DNA of 64,000 nucleotides from Daphnia carinata (taxonomy: Eukaryota): NCBI RefSeq assembly GCF_022539665.2, contig NC_081331.1, positions 3,286,001 to 3,350,000 on the forward strand. The letters run 5' to 3'. Below, piece after piece: positions 32,413-44,900 of the stretch; position 1 is the stretch's first letter; each line of letters begins with the position of its first letter. The notes under the pieces are model-generated. The model made no database searches and was not told the origin of the DNA. It saw nothing but the letters and a program-made list of their open reading frames with translations. Position numbers and translations under genes: made by a program.

Positions 32413-33283
32413 ATTTAATACCTTATGCGAAGTCCGTGAAAAGTAAGGCTAATAAATGGGGGGGAAAAAATAGTAAAATGGGTTGCCGAAACCTTCGGTT
32501 ACAGGCCATTTGAAACCCCTCCCAGTTTCGTCTAGTGCGCGCTACGTTTCATATGCGAATAAGAATAACTAGGAAACATGATAACGGGAATAGTGCCTTT
32601 ACCTCGTCTCTTTTTTCTTCCTGCGGCTATGCAAGCAGGGGGAGGGCAAACTACAAAGTTCATTGAATGGAAATCGAATCCCAGAGACTTTCCACTTGTT
32701 GTCAACTAAAGTTCCTTGGATCTCTACTGTGGTCGTTTAAAACTGTACATATTGAAATTCACTTGGTTTTCCTTGAAGGTAAGCATTTTATATTAAACTA
32801 TGTATGTATCTTTGTTAGACGGTGATACACATGTTTGACAATCTCGAAGGAATGACACGATTTGACGAAGTGTTTTGAAACTGTGTAATTTTATTTAAGA
32901 AAATTTGTTGGGGTTATTTTTAGTAGTCTTCTGACAGTGCATACAAGAGCCTTCATTAATCCCCACGGCAACAAACATGGGTTATGTGGTTAAGTCAATT
33001 GGCCTTCAGCTATTTTTCTATTTTCTTAATCGATATGTAAAATATTACTACGAAAACATATAATAATTATGTTAGAGCCGGTTGGTGAACAACTCCTTTT
33101 AGTGGCATTACGTTAATAATTGCAAGTAAAGCTTCGCAAATAAAAATAATATTTATAACGGCCTACGTGCTTTCCATCTGCATCCAATGTTATGTCTAGG
33201 TCACGTAGCTCCACTGTTTCTGTTTTCTTTATTCGGCGTTTGCGTTTTGAGAAGGTTAGTCCAAGCTATACAAGCACTGAAAA

Positions 33284-34545
33284 ATGTCGACTTACAAAAT
33301 CGTGGATGACGCCTACGGTATGGAACTCAATTTTTGCGTTAGTTGATCGACATAATTTTAAAATGTGTTTCTATTAACACGACTAGGTAAATCTGGTGTG
33401 AAATTGCTCCACATTAAACGTGATGGCCCTGTCCATTCTATTCGGGAATTGGAGGTAAATACCCAACTAACGCTGTCCTCTAAGAAAGACTACACGACAG
33501 GTAAACAATTTGATATAATTTTTAATCTTTCAAATTCTGAAACGATTATTGTGCAGGTGATAATTCTGATATCGTCGCCACCGATTCGCAAAAGAACACA
33601 GTCTACCTGCTGGCTAAGAAACATGGTGTCAACAGTCCCGAAGAGTTCGCCATCACCCTCTGTCGCCATTTTCTCAACACGTATAATCACGTACTGAAAG
33701 TGCAGGTCCATATTGAGCTTTACCCTTGGCAGAGGGCAGAAATCGATGGAAAGAAACACAACCACGCTTTCGTGTTTACACCTGTTGCCGTTCGTGTCTG
33801 CACTGTTCGTATGGAAAGAAACGGTTGGTCAATTGTTGTGGCTTCTTTATCTTCAATAATTGATTGAAAATTCGTCAGGAGTACCGGTTGTCGAATCGGG
33901 ATTAAAGGATCTACGTGTACTGAAAACTACTCAATCGGCTTTTGTCAATTTCGTCACTGATGATTACCGTAAGTAAATTTAATTAGTTCTCCATTTAAAA
34001 CTGTTTAAATTATATTTTGATTTATAGGCAGTCTGCCTGATGCTAGTGATCGTGTGTTCAGCACGGTGATTACTTCGCGTTGGGTGTATTCAACGACCAA
34101 TGTCGATTATTGCAAAGCTTGGTATCTATATTTGCGATTACATGATGAGCTATTGTTAAACAGTTATTCTATTAATGGACGTTACATGCAGGAACGGAGT
34201 TAAGGATGCGATCCTTTCAGTGTTTTCTGGACCAGCGGATAAAGGTATTTTCTCACCATCAGTACAAAACACTTTACATCTAACGGAGAAATTAGTTCTC
34301 GATTCCATCCCGGAGGTATGAAGCAACTATGTCTTATTTAACCTGTGCTGATTAAATAATTTTTTCAATATTTACAGATTAATTACATCGAAATGATACT
34401 GCCAAACAAGCACTACGTTAATGTAGACTTGTCGAAATTCAAAAACGTTGGATTTGCACACAATGATACGGTTCTCCAACCACTCGACAAGCCGTCAGGA
34501 AATATTCGAGCAGCTTTGGCTCGCACTTTGCCCTCCAAATTGTAA
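33284..34545 (+). CDS. UOX: Uricase (urate oxidase), peroxisomal
   Basis: Spliced product [68 protein letters not shown]; ends in PTS1 SKL*. Confidence 0.95.
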
Positions 34546-36093
34546 ACGTAAGAAACCTGCTATGACGTAGGGCGCAACAGCTCAATTGAATTTAAGAAAG
34601 TGGTACCATTTTGAAAGGTGTCTTGTTAGTCTTAGATGTACCGTTTTGATGGACAATACACTCTCCGTTCATCGCAGAATATGCATTTTACTCGCCATTT
34701 TTACGACACGCTTCTAGAATTGGGGTAAAATCATTTTGCTGCCGTGTTATATACGTTTGTGAAAGGGACATTCAAACCAGTTTTGCGACCTTTTAAGCTT
34801 CAAAACTAAAAATGTTGTGAACACGATCTTATCCAGAGGTTCTCGGAATATGTATCAAGTTTCTGGCTTCGTTCGTAGAAAAACGAGCGGTAAGTTGACG
34901 GCTAGCTCCGGTACCTAGTGACAGGATGTCTTGCATGCTATTTATTGATCAATTTTGAAAGAAAAAAGAAAACTTGTTTGACATCCAATCAACTGTGAAT
35001 AGCTGTGATTGTCAGCCAAAAATCGTGCTAAAAGAAATCGATTGTACAACAACTTTACAACAAGGCCGCCAACAGATCGATACATCTGAACGTCTTTTTA
35101 AAAAAAAGTATTCCTGGGTCGGCTAAGTCCCAATCAGTTTGCTACCATCCTTCGTTTTCAATAACACGCTTGAGCAAGCTAACCCGAGCATCGCCAAAGG
35201 CAAGACATAATCTTGTCCCGAATTTTATGGGGCATGTTAATAGTAACGATCCGCCTACGTTTTCTGTTGGGTATTTTTACAAATCAGGAAATGCGGTCTT
35301 TTCGTGTTATCCGCGTATCGATTGATCGGGCCTTTTCAACCTATTGACTAGTTTCCCAATAATGAAAGGGAATGGTAAATTAAATAATTATATTAAAGCT
35401 GAACCGCCGTAGTGCTTTTCGTTCCCTATCGTCATTATTCAATTGGTAATTATAGAGGAGAATCGTTCCAAGTTTTTTTTTAAATAAGAAAAAATTTAAA
35501 TGAGCTGCAAATACTGAAGAAAAATGTATTCAAATACCACCCACTCCCAGTAGCCCACTGCTGCCCCTCATTTACATTTTGCGAAAAAAACAAAAACCTT
35601 TCCTCCTTTTTTTTTTCTTTTCTTTAAACTGACCCTGGTGCAACCTTGAGAAACCATGGCATTCTCGGAACGAATATGGGGACACATTTTAAAAACAAAG
35701 AATTTATGGCTTGGCAGTTTCTGAAGAAATACACAATGTAGCACGTAGCGTATTGTAGGGGCAAACTCATTGTTTCTTAGTTCATCTCGAATTTCATTAG
35801 GAGGTGGGGTAAGAAAACCGAGAGAAAATTATGCAAAAAATTTAAATAAAGCAAGTATGCAAAAAAACTGAACTGTTTTAGGGAATGGAGTAGGTCCGCA
35901 GAGGACGAGGAAAGGGATAGCAAAAGTAGGTAGTGAAATTTTTGAAAACGAAAAATGCTCATCTACGCTGCACTTTCGCCTGAGGTAGTTCTCTTCTAGA
36001 AAAGGTATTCCAGACTTTCGAAGGACGAGTTGTTGTTATGCGTGGCAATCAAATCTTCGGCTACAGGTGGAACAGTGTCTCATCGGTACAGAA

Positions 36094-38244
36094 ATGAACC
36101 AGTCTCACAATTCGGACAACGCTAACGGAATACAACATCACCAAAATGTAAGTTTTTCATTCTGTTTTACTTCTAAATTTTTCACGCCATTTGTTCACTA
36201 TATGCAACAGATACCCCTAACCAACAGTTTACGAAAATGGGCCGACAGTTTCGGTGTCACTTTGGAAAGCTCGGAATTCGCTGCTCAAATGGATTCAGTT
36301 GACCCGCTTCGAGAATTCCGAAGCAATTTCACTTTTCCTACCATGAAAGATTTACCTTGTGGTAAGTTATTTGAATACAAATTTACCCTGATGAGAAGTT
36401 CTAATAGTTTGACATATAAATCCAGTGGATCTCTCGTTAATCGAAAACCCGGACGAAGAATGCATTTACCTGTGTGGCAATTCTCTTGGGCTCAAACCCA
36501 AACGCGCCGATGGTTACCAACAAGAAGTTTTAAACTGTTGGGCTAAATTGTAAGTTACTCATGCAAATATTAGCAGTTGAACCTTACAACAATTGTCGTA
36601 ATTTAACAGAGGTGTTTTCACGCACTTTACTGGTCGCTTCCCCGCTGCCAAATGCGATTTACTTGTCAAAGATTCGCTGGTGAAACTCGTAGGCGCCGAG
36701 AACACGGCCGAAGTAGTTTGCATGAACGGTCTCACTGTCAACATTCATCTGCTTTTAATTTCTTTCTACCGACCGACAGCCACCCGTTACAAGATCATGA
36801 TTGAAGGACACGCTTTTCCGTCCGATCGAGTATAAACAATATCTTTCAGTCACAACCTTTCCAATTTAATTATAATTTTCAATTAATTTTTTTTGTTGTT
36901 TGATTAGTACGCCGTTGTATCGCAGCTGAATTTGCATGGTTATACGGAAGAGGATGGACTAATTATTCTACAAACTAGACCCGGTGAGCACCTTCTCCGC
37001 ACTGAAGATATTTTAGAATCCATCGCAAAACACGGAGAACAGATTGCCGTCATCTTCTTATCGGGCGTTCATTACTATACAGGTAAGAATGTCGTACACG
37101 TCATTTAGTTCTATAATCCAAGCTCGTGTTTGTGTTTTTCAGGACAGAAGTTCGACATCGAGACAATCACAAAGAGCGGCCAAGCTCAAGGTTGTCTGGT
37201 CGGATGGGATTTGGCTCACGCTGTCGGCAATGTCGAGCTGAAGATTCACGATTGGAACGTGGATTTCGCTTGCTGGTGCACATATAAAGTATATATTCTC
37301 GTTTATAAATAACTCTTCATAAAAGTAACATTACTGTGGAATTTGTCGATATGAGACACTCGCTCCCGAAGTCAAAGATTCAAACTAATCCTATTTTAGA
37401 ACTTTGATTTTCCGAGTGCTTTCCGAAACTGTCAAGGGAAGCTAGACATCTTGGAAATAACGAGACGATATGGCTGATGCATATGAAATAGCATTCCATA
37501 TTGATCGTAGAATCCATGGTATAGTTTCATACATAACTTGCCCTTTTTTTTTACAGTATTTAAATTCAGGAGCGGGAGGCATTGCTGGAGCTTTCATTCA
37601 CCAAAAACATCATCATGACAATCGTCCCAAGTTTTGCGGATGGTGGAGCAACCGCGAAGACACGCGATTTGAAATGCAGCACAGTGTCGATGCGGCTGCT
37701 GGTGCTGACTCTTATCGTTTGTGTAACCCTCCACCAGCCCTCGTTGCATTACACAAAGCTGGTCTTGAGGTAGTTTATTGATCAACATATAGAATAAAGT
37801 TTTCTAAAATTGTTCATGAACATGTCTGTTTCAAACAGATCTTTGAGGAAGCAGGGATGGATCGTTTGTTGGCTAAACAATATTTGCTAACTGGCTATCT
37901 GGAACATTTAATGGATCACCTGGCTCTGACTGATGCAGGAGAGGATAAATTCGTCGAGATTATAACCCCACGCGATCCACGACAAAGAGGCACTCAGTTG
38001 TCGGTCATGTTTCCATTTTCAGTGAAAGATATTCACGAGAGATTAGAAAAAAGAGGAGTCGTGGTATGTAGAGCATCTATATTAGATCTACTTTTATTTC
38101 ATCAAATATTTAATTTTCTGTCAGTGCGATGTACGTCTTCCAAGCGTCATGCGTTTGGCTCCAACGGCTTCGTACAACACGTTCACGGATGTTTATCGAT
38201 TTTTTACGGTACTCAAGCAGGTGATGATAGAGTGCAAGATGTAA
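36094..38244 (+). CDS. KYNU: Kynureninase (PLP-dependent, eukaryotic type, multi-exon)
   Basis: [41 protein letters not shown]-lysine motif [17 protein letters not shown] and QRGTQLS; last exon [13 protein letters not shown]...ECKM*. Confidence 0.95.
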
Positions 38245-39384
38245 AGCCAGTGACGTTACTTCGCTTGATTGACAACCATGGCAACTAATATTTTAGCCTG
38301 GGCTTTCTTTGAAGGTAAAAAAAACATGTAATGTGATTTGAAAAATGTAATAGTAAATGAATAATAATAGGATAAAAATATGACATGTAAGTTTGACACG
38401 AGCGACGATCCAGAAAATGTTTTGATTGAAACGTAATGCGCTTTAACAAACTACTGAACTTTTCTAACTTTTTTCATTTTATGTAATCCTCTTTCGTGCA
38501 GACCGTTTAATGGATCAAAATAAGCCCATAAGTACTCGAGCGACGATAAGATAAAGCCTATTACAAATTTTAATAATACAAAGTTTCAGAGCATAGAATT
38601 GTACTACTCTGCAAATGCTTACAGTGTGGCAATAAGACTTGAAGAATTGAATAAGTGAATTACTGCGAATATCATCTTCTACTAGTGCAAACTTGTGTTA
38701 TTTGAAGTGCCTATTCACGTAAAAGCGATGAGGAAAAAAGAAGTTTGATTTAATTGTCAGAGCTCTTTTTTTTTTACTATGCTCTTTGCTACGCTATTAG
38801 CAATGGGTACTAAATTTCTTATAAATCCTGTTGATGGCATAGTACAGCTGAGATCAATACGAGTTTATTATTTTGATCAAAAGTTTCCTAGTACGCTACG
38901 TTCTGCGAAAGAACCTGAGATTAAAAAAAAAAACATGTCGTTATTTATTCAATAGTGAGCCAAGCGTAGCCAGCGGAGCTATGCATGATATGAGATTTTT
39001 TTGGTCTGCCCGCCAACTTTCGGGGTTGGGATAATGTCGGTTGAAAACCAAATTAGTGTCAAAGGAAAAAAGTGATACCATAGGACGCAACGTACAGTTT
39101 AATGTGAAATTATCTTCCGTGCTGTCTCATTTCACTGCGTGATGCAAATAATGGGGAAGCTTAAGGTAAACAGGTGACATGTTATATTTCTTCATTATAG
39201 GATGACAAGACTAGACAACACAAAGTGAACAATGTTGTGATTACCGACCATAACAAAGCCTCTGTCACAATTAAGAACCAAGACCTTTTTGCTGTCCCGC
39301 ATAAATTTGACGTTAACCCCTGAAAATGAGATACGAAAAAGTAAATTTAAAAAGTATGCACAAAAACAAATTTCCATTGACAGA

Positions 39385-39582
39385 TTACCAAACAAGGAAG
39401 CACCGATTAAGAATGGAATTGAACTTTTGTCCGTCGGGACATTTTTGCCGTGGCCCAGATACACCTACTGCGTAAACGTTACTAGCAAGTTTATGTAAAT
39501 AAGGTTTCGTGGTTAAAGCCTCAAAGGAGCTGGCTAAGAAAGCCAAGACGATTAACGTTTTAAAAACAGAACGGGATTGCAT
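39385..39582 (-). CDS. Small secreted single-disulfide peptide precursor A (65 aa; secapin/GBP-like)
   Basis: MQSRSVFKTLIVLAFLASSFEA signal peptide; C-terminal CPDGQKFNSILNRCFLVW*; TCAGTT initiator ~70 nt upstream (~39651); resembles peptide B. Confidence 0.7.
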   Translation of the reverse strand: MQSRSVFKTLIVLAFLASSFEALTTKPYLHKLASNVYAVGVSGPRQKCPDGQKFNSILNRCFLVW

Positions 39583-41326
39583 TCTGAATTTCACTGAAGG
39601 TTCGGGTTCGATTAACAACTCGACGTACAATGGAAACACAAATCAAACTGAATAAAAAAAAGAACGACAATTAGCATTCGTGAACTTAATTGTAGAGGGC
39701 TGAAAATCGTTAATGAGAATATGTGGATGTGGTAGTCGGTTGTGGCTTTTTCACCTATCATTTGTCGCCGGATAGATGTGGTTTTTAAGTAACCTACTAT
39801 ATACGTTTCATAATCTCTTTTACCCATTCGTTCTCTATAAACTCACTCTTGTTAATGACATATCTCCTTGGAAATCTATTCTAGGAGATCTTGTAGTTGC
39901 TTATTAAACCACGTGTCCCTTTATCGAACATGTATTGACGAAACATTTCGAACTCTTAGTGGAAAAGTAATTCAGACAAACATTGACGTAGGTCTGTGCG
40001 CGATTGATTTGGTCCAGGAATCACATGAAAGGATCAATATCTTTTTATTATAATTGTTTAAATAGACGAATCGTTTAAGGTAAAAATAGCTTTTGTTGCT
40101 CCCACCTCAATGGAGAAGGTAGGTAACTATGAGTTAAAAAACAGGTAGCGAAGCATACAAAAGGCAAGGTAAATCACTTAAGAAGATTCAGTCATCCAAA
40201 CTCCGAGCAGTAACATTCAGGTATGATCTCGCCATATTAACGATGTGAAACACGCAACTATGACGATGGACTGACCTCTGGGAAAGTTATAAGGTGTACG
40301 TAATTTAAACATTATTGCTCTATATCGTACTTGGACACTATAGTTGTCACTGAAATGGTATTTAAGATTTAAACAATCAATCTAATGGACTTTTTTTTTA
40401 CCCCCTTAAGAAAGGATAATCACAAGCTATTAACGAGGCAAAAACTAGCGAAAGCGATTCAGCACGATGTAAACCAATAAAGACGCCCCAGCCATCGACC
40501 AATAATTGTCACGTACCACCCAACGATGCGATAACTTTTACATTAACCGACCAGATTCCGTTTTTATTCTCTATGCTTTCATTTCCCGTTAACAGCAGTG
40601 CTTCTCCGCATCAACGTTAAAGGGAAGAAATCAAGAATAACGATTCAGACCTGAAGTGCTTCTTATACAATAGGGAGGGGGGATGGGTGTGCAAGCAACA
40701 ACAAATAAAAGTTCTGAGTAGTGTGGTATACAAATGGGGCTATTTAATATAGAAACCGCCTTCGCTTACAACAATTGCGGTAGCTATATCACTGCCATTC
40801 GTTTTTATTGTGTGAGCTTTGCCGACGACGTATGAAGTACGTACTAAACGAAAGATACGCGCATCTGTTTTGAATGAGTTTTACAAACCACGTCGTTCAT
40901 TGTATCGTAAGAAAAGACGTCTCTTTTTTGGCAGGTCTGCTACACAAAAGAAAAAAGATAAAATGCACAAAATGTTTTGTATGTCTGGAGGCTGCGGAGA
41001 AAATATTCACGTCTGCAGTTGAAGATTGCCAGATTAATCTAACGTGATTTTATTAATAGTATATTTATCGTGTATTTTCAACTTGCGAAAAAAACCAAAG
41101 ACGAATAGCTTCCAATACGATTACATACGTCTTTCCTCCTCAGTATTTTTAGATTGGCGTAAGTCTCAGTCATTCATTATGCATGAGGACGTGCGTGCAT
41201 TTTTTCCAAACAGTCGAGCGTAAACCGCAGACTGCTGACTGATTGTTCGCTTTTGTGAATATTCATCCAAGCCTAAATAAATTTTTTAGTTTCACACAAA
41301 GTGTAAACAAGAAAATACAAGATGGA

Positions 41327-41536
41327 TTACCATATCATCCTGCAGATGCCGTTCTTATCCAACAAATGTCCAGTAGGACAACCACGACTTGGAGCTAGGG
41401 CTACTTGTTTCCTGTTGTAACGTGGTGTAGTAGTTTGGTGTTTGACAAAGATCGGCTGACGATTAGCTTCGCCTGGTTCAATCACAAAACAAAAAACGAT
41501 AGCTAAAGCGAAAAATAACAAAATGCGCCACTGCAT
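41327..41536 (-). CDS. Small secreted single-disulfide peptide precursor B (69 aa; GBP/ENF-cytokine-like)
   Basis: Signal peptide, RYNRK processing site and C-terminal CPTGHLLDKNGICRMIW*, fitting C-x2-G-x(4,6)-G-x(1,2)-C-[KR]. Confidence 0.78.
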   Translation of the reverse strand: MQWRILLFFALAIVFCFVIEPGEANRQPIFVKHQTTTPRYNRKQVALAPSRGCPTGHLLDKNGICRMIW

Positions 41537-41904
41537 CCTGATTCCGGGAGAGAAGAATTGCCGTGGAAGATGTTTGCTTGTGCAAGGAAGAAACTAGAAT
41601 GAATCTTCGACCTTTCAACCGACTCACGGCACTCGAAAAACTATCGTGAATTGGCGCGCATGCCGGAGACGGATAATCACGACGAAGATGTGGCCATCTT
41701 TCGGCATCCGTAACATACTACGATTTGCAACTCGCAACCTTTAATTGCGCATCAAAAAGAGAATCGCGTTTTTTAAGTTTATTTGATCGCATTCTTTAAC
41801 TTGAAATACAAAAATGATGAGAAAGAGCTTCACAATTTTTTCTAAAAATGAATCGATGCGAAATTTGAAAGATGAAAAAAGAATATCTGCTTCACGTTTT
41901 TAAG

Positions 41905-44900
41905 TTATTTAGATAGGTAATTGGAACAAGAATGACAGCAGGACGTCTGGAACGAAGTTAATGCGCAATAACGTTGCAACACGGGCAGATTGCAATGCCT
42001 GGACAGATCTTTACATTTCTCCGTGTCCTGGCCATTCGGCGGAAGAGTCAATGGACATTCTTGATTCACGCACGAACGGACTAATGTGGGCCTTGGTCCG
42101 CATAAAAAATTCTTCCACTTGCTGTTACCCTTCCCCTCTGTTTGACGTTTATTGAAACCATAAGCAGCTTCTTCATGGAAATCCTCTTGGTAATCGATGG
42201 CTTGTTCAGCAAAAGCTTCCTCTTCGTACATGGACAAATAGCCTCCCAGTTCTTTGTTCGATTTGCCCTTGGATGACACGCAAATAAATTGCATTTCTTG
42301 ACGACCAATTCCACACGTTGTCGAGCACTGCTATCAAACAAAAAAAATCTATGCGATAAATCTCTATTACGATATTTGTCACCTTATCACCTTTGTCCAA
42401 TTTTTCTCCACCCATGTCCCATTACACGGAATCCTGGAACAAGGTTGAGTTTCATTTGGTGGCTTGTCTTTGCATAGAGCCGGGTCGGTAATAGCATTTG
42501 GATTCCAATGAAGGATTTCATTTTCAACAGCCAATTTTTTCTGAATTAAAAATGAATCTTGACGAAATCTGAAAGCAAACTAAAATATCTAATCGCATAC
42601 CTTGTTATCTTTGATGGTCGCTTTCCACGCATCGACGATAGGATGAATAAGGCGATCCGTTGTGGAGCTAATGTCATCGTCAGTAACCTCCGGAAGTCTT
42701 CGAGCTTCATTGACAGGACCGCTGAATGCGGTCTGATGTTCGTCAAACAAAATATTCTTTTCAAATTCTGGTTTTGTTATCGCTGCTGCTGTGTTGTTGC
42801 TTTGCGATGAAGTGACCATGGCGGTGCGGACGCAGTAAATCATACGCATCTGGACGCCATCAGTTCCACACATATGTGAACATCCTTCCCAGGGTCCGGT
42901 TACCCATCGGAAATCACAGCTGAAGAGTGAAACGATTTGTAAATAAAAATCTAAAAAATGTATTGAAATTGAAAACTTACCTGAACGTGTTGCAAAGTCG
43001 TGTCAAAATTTCAGGTTCACTCAGAATGTTGCAATGCTTACGTCGAACAACGTGGCCAGTTTGACGATCTCGACAATACCAGACTTGGGTCTGCGTTCCT
43101 TCTCCACAGGAACGCGAACAAACTGACCAACCGGCCAATTCCCAGAAATACTGGTTCTGTCGATTGCTAACATCAGGACCAGGATTCTTTTTGCGGTGAG
43201 ATTTTGGTGGCATACTCCATGTCACTGTTACGTTGGCATGTTCTCTTACAAGTCCCGGAACGATCTTTGCTCGATAAAACAATGTTTAGAACACGGAAAC
43301 ACTAAAGAATTTAAATGACCATATACCATAAGCGTGAGGTCTGATAGAAGGGGTCCTCTCGCTCGCATCGTTTCCAATCCAAAGACTGAGTTGTATGTAA
43401 AACGAGTACCTGCGGTGATGACGTAAAATGTGGCAACATCTTCCGTGATGGGGAAGGATCCATTCAAAATCCAGCTCTGTGAGTTACGCGCTTTGATTGC
43501 CAGTCTATTGGAACTATTGGGCTCTTCTTTGATGCGGATATTTCTCGCTCCTCGCGGAATTACTACTACCCTTCGATGAGCTGAAATTGGTTGATGATTC
43601 AAACGCTGTCTTGTTTTAAATTTGAATTTAAATTGTGATTCTTACGAAGACGGGGAGCTCCACTGTAATGTCTGCTGGCCACTGTACAATCGCCCGGTTT
43701 GCCTTGACACACGCCACACTCATTTTCTACGGCTGGAGAACCAAGCCGTTTATCGCAGCCCATTATTTGGCATTGGCCCTTTGAAATATAATATCAAGAC
43801 ATAGCACAGGAATCTCTGTAATTGATAAGAGAAATACCTGTATACAAATGCCGTTAGATCGTTCATAAGAGCAAGCAGTTCCGTCAACGACATTCTCCGA
43901 AGACTCGAAAATATCTCCCGTTTCGCGTGCAACGCATGTCAGACGACAAAGAGCGGACTCTATAAAAATATCACAAGATTTAATGCATGCGTTAATGATT
44001 TCGAATTCAGAACTTACGATTGTTTACTTCCCAAGGAAGCCAAGTCATAGAAAAAAGCGACTCGTTTGTAGGAAATAATAATGGAATCGTAGCGCATTGC
44101 TCGCCTCTAAAATCCGTCCATTCAGCGCACGGGTTTGTGTTGCACAGTTCCGAATCTTCGCTCTTTCCTTGACAACTTTTGCCTCCGTTCGCAGGTCTAA
44201 CATCGCAAGCAGTAATTAAAGTACGGTTATATGGGAGCAATGTAAATGTCTGCCTTACGTGGGATTATTGCATTTGCGTGTGCGGAAACGGACGCCGACG
44301 CTGCAGGTTCGTGAGCAAGTGTTCCAATCGGACCATACGCTCCAATTACCATCTCGGGGATTTTTAACGACAGGTCCTATAACTTTTTTTCGCTTACCGA
44401 TCGCCTCGCAGAAGCCTTTGATGCACCACTGTATAAGAACAAAATTTTGTCTTCCTCAATGAAATGCCGGACGAAGAAATAAATGGGAATTAGTTTTGTA
44501 CCTTATCTTTTCCACAAGGAGTGCCTTCAAGTGGTGGTCCTTTCTTAGTTTTGCATAGCTGAGGGCTCGACTTGTGTCCACACCAAAGATGAGTGCACGG
44601 ATCGTTCAGAGCAAAAGATCGGCATAGGAAATATCTGGTAGAAATAAGTTATGTTTTAATTTTAAAAAATACGGATTGAAAATCTGATTCTACCCTTCGC
44701 CAAATTCCATACGACATTGTTCGTCTAAACTGTAACTGTACTGAATGGCGGATTGGACAATCGTTGCATTGGTATTTACGCTTGGTTGATTTTTCAAGCA
44801 CTTCCAATTGCTGCAAAATAAAGACATATAAAGTTTCTAGAGCCTTTTTGTCATTGGATTTAGAATCATAATTTGGATCGTAAATATGAAAAATTACTGT

